A stretch of DNA of 64,000 bases from Anthoceros angustus (lineage: Eukaryota; Plantae; Anthocerotophyta), in assembly GCA_010909165.1 (NCBI GenBank), contig MU008157.1, forward strand, positions 930,001 to 994,000, in the 5' to 3' direction. Positions 55,861 through 64,000 of the stretch are shown one piece after another. The translations under genes were made by a program, and so were the position numbers. The notes beneath the pieces are model-generated. The model did not search any database. It was not told the origin of the DNA and saw only the letters and a program-made list of their open reading frames with translations. Positions within the stretch are counted from its first letter, which is position 1; every line of letters begins with the position of its first letter.

Positions 55861-56922
55861 GTCTGCGCCCGGACAGAAACCCCGGCCCGCTCCTCACAGC
55901 ATCATCCCGCTCCAGGCCTCAGCCCCGCATCGCTCCCGGGCGCAAGAATCACAACCTAGGAGCTCCAATCCAAGTCCGGAGGCCCGCGGCCACAAGAAAT
56001 CCTTGGCCTTCCCCGATCCGCAGCACGCCCCGGCGCGCCGGCCGCACGTCCATCCGCTGTCTCCCGAATGCCAGACCAGACTCCCCACCCCCCGGTCCAG
56101 CGCCACACAAGAAGCAGCGGGAAGCATCGAGCTTCCCCCGGTTTCCCTCCCTCCCTCCCTCCCTACCTTCCAACCAACACCAGCAAGAAGCTCACAATCC
56201 AGCTCCCGCCACACCACTCCGGCGCGATCTCCCACACCCCGCACGCAATGCCTGCGCAAGAAAGATGGAACTCCGCAGGCAGCCTTGGAATTCCGGAAGC
56301 CGGGAGCCGCGATCAGATTTGGCGCATAGGCTCGCTCCCGGACGCACTCGCACGCGGGTGCACGAGGGAGCGGCAGGATCAGGGACGCACTTCCATTTCC
56401 CAAATCAAAGCGGAGATGGCGCAGCGGCAGCCTCGTCTTCCCGCTAACAGCTGCACGGCAAGCGGCAGGGCTGTGCAGGCGGCAGCGCGGGCGCGCCGGG
56501 AGCAAGCGCCCGGGCTGGCTCCCGTCCGGGCAGGGGCTACGAGGAAAGCGCGGCCGCGTGTAGGCCTGGCGCGCTGCCGCCGGCAGGCGTGCGGAAAGGC
56601 CGGGAGCACAAGCATTCAAACGGCAGCGCAACGGCGTTCCCAGAGCGATCGAGCGTCAGCCTCGGCCTGCGGTTTTTGCGAATCGTTGGCTTCGCTAATC
56701 CGGGACCTAATTCCCATGGGCCGGCATGTGATCGCACAGCGCCAGGTGGCGGGAGCTGGCCCGCCTCTCCGCCCTTCAGGACACTTTTCACATGTTGTCA
56801 CGACCGCGCCATGCTCTGACACCTACAGACGGGCCCCTGCAAATTTATCATTACTTTTTAGTGCATCAATTGAGAATTCTGAATAAGCATGACTACATTT
56901 GGTGGTTTAGGATTGTTGTTGT

Positions 56923-57108
56923 TGTTGTTGTTGGTTTTCATTCTAAGTGGACATAAATATTATTATTATTATTATAGTAAAATAATACCTGTTAAGGGAT
57001 TATTTATATCCTTAGTGTTGTTGTTGGTTTTCATTCTAAGTGGACATAAATATTATTATTATTATTATAGTAAAATAATACCTGCTAAGGGATTATTTAT
57101 ATCCTTAG
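56923..57108 (+). repeat. 93-bp tandem duplication built from retroposon tail-like motifs
   Basis: Period 93 (TTCTAAGTGG at 56941 and 57034). Each unit has (TTG)n, TAAGTGGACATAAAT(ATT)n and ATCCTTAG. Confidence 0.85.
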
Positions 57109-57190
57109 CGGATATGAATAAAATTGTTGTAGTTAATGGATTGACTCAGTTCAATTCTCGTCCACTCGTACGTGGTTTGTATGCCTAGTG

Positions 57191-57385
57191 GCCAAATGGA
57201 CACACATTTATAAGAACTTTGTGATTAAGCATCCTGCGCTTAGATCGGTACTTAGATGGGGTGTCTAAAGGGAGTGGATGCCCTTGGTGCAAGTACCTTA
57301 GGCACACCATGGTACAAATTGTTAAGTACCAAGTCCCATGACGAAAATCCGTCCTTAGTGGACTTAACACAGTTCTTCTTCTTCT
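57191..57385 (+). mobile_element. Short (~200 bp) retroposon copy with 3' stem-loop and (TTC)n tail
   Basis: Collinear with 59439-59632. Ends GTCCCATGACGAAAATCCGTCCTTAGTGGACTTAA...(TTC)n. Confidence 0.75.
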
Positions 57386-57550
57386 GGTTGGTATTTAGTG
57401 TCGTTTCAAGAAAGCATGCGCCAACTTGGATTGTTGTCTTGGAAATCTTAACCTTGAAATATTTCGAAAGAAAAAAGCCTTCCATACAGGTGTGCAGTGA
57501 GGGCGCTCTGTGGTGATGGTGGCTGAGCGGTGAGGGCGGTGTGTGGTGTG

Positions 57551-57682
57551 GTGTGCGGTGCTGTGTGCGGTGTGCGGTGCGGTGTGCGGTGTGCGGTGTG
57601 CGGTGCGGTGTGCGGTGTGCGGTGTGCGGTGTGCGGTGTGCGGTGTGCGGTGTGCGGTGTGCGGTGTGCGGTGTGCGGTGCG
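57551..57682 (+). repeat. (GTGCGGT)n heptamer array
   Basis: About 18 near-perfect 7-bp units. Confidence 0.95.
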
Positions 57683-57912
57683 TTGTGTGGAGCGGTGCGG
57701 TGCTTGCTGTGTACGGTGGGGCATGTCCCAGGGCTTGCTTTGTGGTGGCCTATGTGGCTTTGGAGCATAGGGCGTTGGGGTTGATATTGCGATGAGCATG
57801 AGGTGGAGGAGGTCGCGGTGAGGACATGATTTAGGGTTTTTGGTGCGGCGGCTGTGGTGGGTGGTGCGGAGGAGGTCGCGATTATTTTTATTTTTGTTGA
57901 TTTTTTGAGGTT

Positions 57913-59116
57913 ATGGCTTCTATTGTCACTAAGCGTAAAACAGTTAAATATGTAGACAACAGGGTATCAATATTGGAGACTAGATTACGTAGTATTGAGG
58001 ACAAATATGAAGACAATGCGGTTTTTGTATTGGAGACTAGAGTACTTAATATTGAGACGGAGAATATTTCCTTAAGGGAAAAATATGAGTCTCTTTTGGC
58101 TAAGCACCAATCTTTGGCATGGGACTCAGAGGATGAGGGGGGTGAAGAGGGCCAGGAGGAGGAGGGGGATGAGTTCAATTCCGTAATAGATGATCTTAGA
58201 GATAAGAAATTTAATAGTCAGGATGTTATCACTAGAAAATTGCAACAGGATCTTGAATCGGCAAGCTCATGGGCTAAAGAATTTGAGGCGTCTTTCCATG
58301 TCAAGTTTGATTCATTACTTTTGCAAGTTAATGCCTTGCAAATTCCTGTTCCTTGTGTGGGTTGCTTGTCGAAGGCAGATCTGGCATTTAGGTTGGAAGG
58401 CTACAAGAAGGTTATTCTCGAGCTTATTCATGCACAGAGGGAAGAAATGCACAGTTATATGGCCAAAAAGTTGCAGGGTTTGGATGATCAGGTTGGAAGA
58501 CTCTCAGAAAGGTTGGTGGAGCAAGGATTACAAAATGAAGTTTTTTCATAGACCATAAAGAAAGCTATAAATTTGGAAAATCATTTCACTTCAACGAAAC
58601 AAGTTTTACCTACATATTTGGAGAAGCTTACTGGTAAAAACTCTTGGGGATTAATGATCCCATTGCTCCTTCTTGTCCTGGTGGCAACACAATATCGGAA
58701 GTTGTTTGCGAGACGGCGGATTGTGCTCGCCGTGCTTTGAACTTGAGAATTTCTGGTCTTGGTAATGATATTGTTGCACCACTTGTGGCTGCAAAAGAGT
58801 TTCTCAAAAGGCTAGAGGTCGATGTGGTCGTTCCTCGAGCCTTCTGGCTTGGAAAGGATCCTGGTAGGGAGCGCATATTGATTATGACTTTTCATTCTAT
58901 GGATGATTGCCTCCAGGCTATAAGGCTAGGTCTATGTTACGAACAACTCAGTTATATATCAATGAGGATCTTACACCATTGCAATGGAAGACTAAGAAGG
59001 AGAAGTTATCCGCTTTCAGAGCAGCTTGTGCTGCAGGTCAAGTGGCTTTCTTTCATGGGGATGAATTGGTGGTGTTTGGCCCTCGTTCACGCAATTTCAT
59101 TGACACTGTTGATTGA
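57913..59116 (+). pseudogene. LINE ORF1p-like (coiled coil + RRM + CTD), disrupted by one in-frame stop and two frameshifts
   Basis: Heptad repeats (RVSILETRLRSIE, RVLNIETENISLREKY), then ALNLRISGL, RAFWLGKDPGRERILIMTF and LYINEDLTPLQ...AFFHGDELVV, the typical ORF1 RRM/CTD pattern. Confidence 0.7.
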
Positions 59117-59424
59117 TTGAAGATTATTTGTCTTGTTTGAATTTTACTTTTACATTAGTCCAGACTAGTTTACCGTATTCTATGTAGTTATCATATTTCA
59201 GTCCCATGACGGAAATCCGTCCTTAGTGGACTTAAATAAAATTCTTCTTCTTCTTCCACAAGACGTAGTATAGTATGAACGTAGACAAGATGTAAGAAGC
59301 AAACACAAGATGGACACAAGTCGGAGACTTTTCACATTGTTACGACAGCACCATGCTCCGGCACGTGCGGGGCAGCTTCAAATTTGTATTTTTTATTTTA
59401 ATATTAAACTTGATTAACGTCTAA

Positions 59425-59693
59425 GCACTGATGGTCTAAATGGCTTAGACACACATATTATAAGAACGTCATAGTTAATCGCTCTACAGTATAAGCGGGA
59501 CCTAGATGGGGTACCTAGAGAGGAATGCTCTAATGCTAGTAGCCTAGTTTACTCCATGGAGCAAGTTGCCCGGAGTACCGAGTCCCATGGAGGCATGTCC
59601 GTCCTTAGTGGACTTAAAATAAATTGTTGTTGTTTAGTGGTAGAATAGTACCCTGCCACGGTACAAACCTGGGTTCGATTCCCGGCCAGTGCA
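59425..59693 (+). tRNA. tRNA-Gly(GCC) gene split by a ~195-bp insertion in the D-arm (likely non-functional)
   Basis: 5' part GCACTGATGGTCTA (59425-59438). 3' part GTTTAGTGGTAGAATAGTACCCTGCCACGGTACAAACCTGGGTTCGATTCCCGGCCAGTGCA (59632-59693). Acceptor stem GCACTG/CAGTGC, anticodon GCC at 59655-59657. Confidence 0.8.
59439..59632 (+). mobile_element. Short retroposon copy inserted in tRNA-Gly, with (TTG)n tail
   Basis: Homologous to 57191-57385. Ends GTCCCATGGAGGCATGTCCGTCCTTAGTGGACTTAAAATAAA(TTG)3. Flanked by GTCTA / GTTTA. Confidence 0.8.
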
Positions 59694-61002
59694 TTGTAGT
59701 CGTCCCACAATTCTCTCACCATGAGCTGAGCTATCTTTTGGAAAGATTTCGAATGAAGAAACACGTTGAATGTAAGGTAGCTAAGGAAACACAAAGTGTT
59801 TACATGAGAAGACAATTTGGTTCACATCAAGGACGACATCCAGACCCCGTCCATCACAAAGTTTCAACTTTAATCCCATGCTTGGCCGTTTCGACTTAAT
59901 CCCATGCCTGGCCTAAATGTGAAGTATGTATGTGAAAGACGATGCTGAGCTCGTTCGACTTGCCAATGGTGAGCAGCGCAATGCATGCTTATCTAGGTAG
60001 GGCGGCCCCGGAAGGTGAAGGTGCTAGAGGCGATGAATTCATCAGCCCCCACAGGCAATCTCCTTTCGCAATTGTTGAGGATGGTGTTGCAGAGGAAGCA
60101 GCGGACACGAGCTTCCAAGTCCCCTTCTTATGGCCAGCTGCCAGCCTAGGCCTACCTCAGAAGGATATCCGAACTTGCGACACGACAGGCCTGGGGAGGC
60201 TGCATCCCACACTCGTTCCGTAATCCGTACCTACATAGATACGATAAACCCACAACAGGTCGGTGGGTGGCGGGTATATATTCCTTGATACTACTAGTGG
60301 GGGTGGCAGATGGTGAAGAGGATTTGGACATAGTGGAGAACTTCATTCACGATTGTTTCAATCAGGATGATTGAGACAGTGAGCCTTCAAAGATGCACAG
60401 AAGCTTCTAATTCCTGTTTCAGCACATTTTTGTTTCAGCACAAGGCACCTATGGCCATGGACAATATAGTGGTCATGGTCGTGGTGGTGGTGGTGGACTG
60501 TTGCCGGTTCTCATCGGCATGTACGTCACGACTCACCACCTGCACCACTGTTCGTCACGCTCGGGTTAAGGAAAAATTAAATTATTGATAAAACATTTCT
60601 TTGGTGTGCGCGTGCAAGGGATTGAATGAGTTCACACTAAATGAGATGAGGTAGGCATGTGCTTTTCCAAAGGTTGAATTGCTTGTGGCCATTTCTTGCA
60701 GGAATGGCTAGAATGCTTCATGTTGAACTTCGGCTTGCAGGAGGTTGAAGTGCCTTTTGTTTTGCAAGGTTCCCACCGTGCCTTCTTCTGCCTGGTCGAG
60801 GTGGCCCAGACATCAACCATAATATTATTGGAGTAATGAACCCTGGCTGTGATGCCAAAGCCTTGTACCATTAGACAGACAGATGTTTGCCGACAGTGGG
60901 AGGGCCAACAGTGCCCAAATCTCTAACCTCTACGCGCCTTTTGCAGGCATGTGCAAGTGAGTACACCAGGTGGTGTTCCTTCCATTACCTAGAGCAAGCA
61001 AC

Positions 61003-61230
61003 CATGGCCAGATGGTTGCAAACTTGTGCTCACTTGAATTGTCTGCTGCAGTCAAACTTTGGAGTTCCCTCCATTTGAGCAAGTAACCACATGCATGGTC
61101 AGATGATGGCCAGCTTCTTCTCACTTGAATTGTTTGCTGCAGTTGAAAGTTGGAGTTCCTTCCATTTCGGCAAGTCATCGTATGCATGGCCAGATGGTTG
61201 CCAACTTTTGCTCACTTGAAATGTTTGCTA
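61003..61230. repeat. ~90-bp degenerate tandem repeat, 2.5 copies
   Basis: ATGG(C/T)CAGATG...CTCACTTGAA.TGT.TGCT recurs at ~61003, ~61095 and ~61186. Confidence 0.8.
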
Positions 61231-62259
61231 CAATAATTAATCCATGAAAAATCGAGGCAGGGAGCATGCCACTTGCACTGCATACCTTGTAAGTGAGTGT
61301 TTTGGCGAGTTTTGGGGCCTATGGTACAAATTCGCGGTTGCTTCAATTCAACATGTTTAGTTCAACACAATGTTCGATTTCAATAATTTTTGAACACAGG
61401 CAAAGCGGTTTGGAGCGATCTTGGGCCCAGGTCCTATGCCAAATAGTGATATTTGCTGCTAGAAGCCTTGAGTTTCGGGGAGGTAGCGTATGCTGCGCAA
61501 TCTCGGACCAACATCAGCCTTCGAAGGGCCGAACATGGTTTTCTATGCCACAATTGCAAGTTCGGCCCTTCGGAGGCAGATGTTGGTCCCATCGATGAAG
61601 CTTGTCGAAGAGGACTACATATTACTCTATTTAAACCCTAAACCCCAACCTGGCATTCCTGGTTGTTTCGAGTTTGCTTTCTGTGTGCCCTCAACAAAGC
61701 TTCCTGCACATACTTCAATGGCTGTGTTTTGGAAGTTTCGACCTTGACCTTAGGAGGACCTTTGCAAGCATTTCCAAAGCCCGATCACTATAGTTCATCG
61801 GGGGTTTAATGCGAGGTTGCCTTGATCTAGTGGGGCCCACCACTCAGTGTCTCTCCTCTCCGTTGCCACCGGCACGGCTCGCCCGTCTTCGGCGCCAAGC
61901 GGCTCATGTCATGCCTAATGTCATGAGCATGAGCTCATGCTCATGGCATGCATGTCATACAGAACCCGTAAATTGCAGAGGCGAAACAAACCCTAAAACA
62001 TGTTTCCATTTGAAATGGAAAGTAAGCATAATTTTTGGCAGGTTCACTTCATACTGAACTCGATTAAGCAATACCTTCGTGCAGCCCGTGTTCTGAACAC
62101 CGAATTGTGACTTGCAACGGCAACTAAGATGGAGATTGAAGATCTTCCCTACGGTTGGGAGGTGCAAGAGCCGCCAGGTGGCTTGTTCAACACGCAACAT
62201 CTGAAGTTTTCACCCACTGTTATAGCAAGACGTTATTAGGTTGCTTCTAAGGATTGCAT

Positions 62260-64000
62260 GCCCGCTATCTCTAGATTTGCCATTATTCCATGGAACAGGG
62301 TGTTTGACTTGATGTTAGGAGAAGGCAAGAATGCACAGTTCCCCACATACTTTTGGAAGGAGACGGATAAGAAGCAAGCTGCCTCCAACAGCAGCCGTAA
62401 AACTAATGTTTGGGCTTATTTGTGCCACACGAAATACTAGTGTGCATTTGGGAAAGCTGATCTTCGTGATGATAATGCAGCAAAACAGGCTTCAAGCAGT
62501 GTAGGAAAACGGAAAGCCAAGATCTTGAGAGGTCAGAGTATCAAACATGGTTGCCAGTACCACTTTGATGTGAAGCAGCTTGCTATCAGCCTGCGCTTGT
62601 GTTTTGTGATTCATTTGAACATGTAGACCAATGTGGACAAATCTACCACGGACTTCAGTATACTGCAGACCCTCGCTCAAGGTTTGCTGCCCGTTTAAGT
62701 TAGGACATCCGTCTTGCTGAGGTGTTATTCTTGGTGTAACAAAGAGGCAGATATACCTCGAGCATTTGGAGCAAGTAGAATTGAAAGCACAAGCTAGTGA
62801 TTATGAACCTTGTCGCGATGATTTTTTATAGCCACACAACATTAATAGCATTGCCTCTCAATTATTTGCGGCGTTCTATCAGTATCACCCCAACGATGAG
62901 ATTAGTGTTGGTTTGTGGATAGAGGCTCACAAGGACCTTGTCTGGTATCATTCTGTTTCCTCCCCCTTAGTGATTGGCTTGCAAACTGATTTCCAGCGTT
63001 CCATGATTCTGCAGTTTGGGAATGGGAATGTCATATCCATGGACGCCACGTTCGGGACCAACAAATACAAGTTTCACCTGTACACACTTTTGATGTTTGA
63101 TAGTTACTAAAACGGAGTGCATGTTGCTTGGATTGTTATAGATAGTGGGACAACAGTAGATATTCAATCTTGGTTGCAAGCTTTCAAGGACCATATTGGT
63201 AGGCATTGCCTGGAATGGCAACCAAGTGGCTTTCTGGTAGACGATATACCTGCAGAAATTGCAGCCATTCACAATATATGGGGCGTGACAGTTCCAGTGT
63301 TGTTATGATTGTGACATGTCAGAAAGTGCTAATTACGACATTTGTTGTTGAAGGTCCAGAACTGGGAAGTTCGGGTTGCAATCGTTCAGCGCCTTGGTCA
63401 CATTATGTATCTATCCCGGCGATGGCAAATTGAAGATGGGGCCCACAAAATGCTGCACAAAGTGTACGTAGATTTTGGAGATAGCGCTCTGAGTTTCATT
63501 AAGTATTTCAAGAAACAATGGCACAGTGTGCTTCCCTGGTTAAAGGGTATCAGAACTATGAGGCATGCAGGCCAAGATTGTAACTCTGCTATCGAAGCCT
63601 GGCATGGGTTTTTGAAGTCTCTGTTGTGCCATGATTTTGTTAGGGTGCGAGGAAGATGGTTGGATTAGTTTCTCCACACTCTCGTGGAAACGGTAAGCAA
63701 AATCTACTGGTATAAGCATTTCACAAAGGAGCATGGATTCAGGTACAATGCAAGGGAAGCAGCAATCGTGAATAATGCAATCTTGGGTTCCCAATCCATT
63801 CCCGACTCAACTGTCACATTACCAACCACAATTGATGGACTAGCTTTTGTGAAGAGTTGCATTAATCGGAAGTTGATCTATACCATCTTCAATGTAAGTG
63901 CAGATTGGACTTGCAATTGTCCTAGAGGCACTCGTGGAAACAGTAAGCAAAATCTACGGTATAAGCATTTCACAAAGGAGCATGGATTCGTACAATGCAA
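62260..64000 (+). mobile_element. Decayed MULE (Mutator-like) transposase with SWIM finger; continues past the window end
   Basis: IPWNRVFD..GE..FP, KHGCQYHFDVKQL, ISMDATFGTNKYKFHLYTLLMFD, FLVDD..AEI.AI, LWHVRK, FIKYFKKQW, NSAIEAWHGFLK, DWTCNCP (SWIM). Contains stops and frameshifts. Confidence 0.85.

Larger units (their letters stand above)
57487..59256 (+). mobile_element. ORF1-only non-autonomous LINE derivative (no RT/endonuclease)
   Basis: GC-rich 5' region with a heptamer array, then a decayed ORF1 (57913-59116), a ~130-bp 3' UTR, the family stem-loop and a (TTC)5 tail. Candidate TSD CTTCCA(T/C)A at 57479-57486 and 59253-59260. Confidence 0.7.

Overview
This is eukaryotic nuclear DNA from a gene-dense plant genome with mostly short introns. 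The axonemal dynein assembly factor CCDC103 points to a seedless lineage with flagellated sperm; hornwort- or lycophyte-like is an inference. Eleven intron-containing protein genes are supported: NOL6/UTP22, a DUF179 protein, PI4K-beta, PDF1B, BET1, EMC2, an Agenet+ENT protein, CCDC103, U1-C, BTR1/NOVA-like KH, and an uncharacterised protein with a TPX2-N-like motif and internal repeats. CDS coordinates are first-to-last codon spans including introns, inferred by eye. NOL6 introns appear to host five snoRNAs: three tandem H/ACA paralogs and two C/D. Intergenic DNA holds decayed hAT, Helitron, RLE-type LINE, MULE and tRNA-derived SINE sequences plus LRR-like pseudogene fragments. The most unusual system is a retroposon family defined by a shared 3' stem-loop and a trinucleotide tail. 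It includes ~200-bp short copies, a ~1.8-kb copy encoding only a LINE ORF1 (no reverse transcriptase), and one copy that splits a tRNA-Gly(GCC) gene in its D-arm. All homology calls come from motif recall, not database searches.
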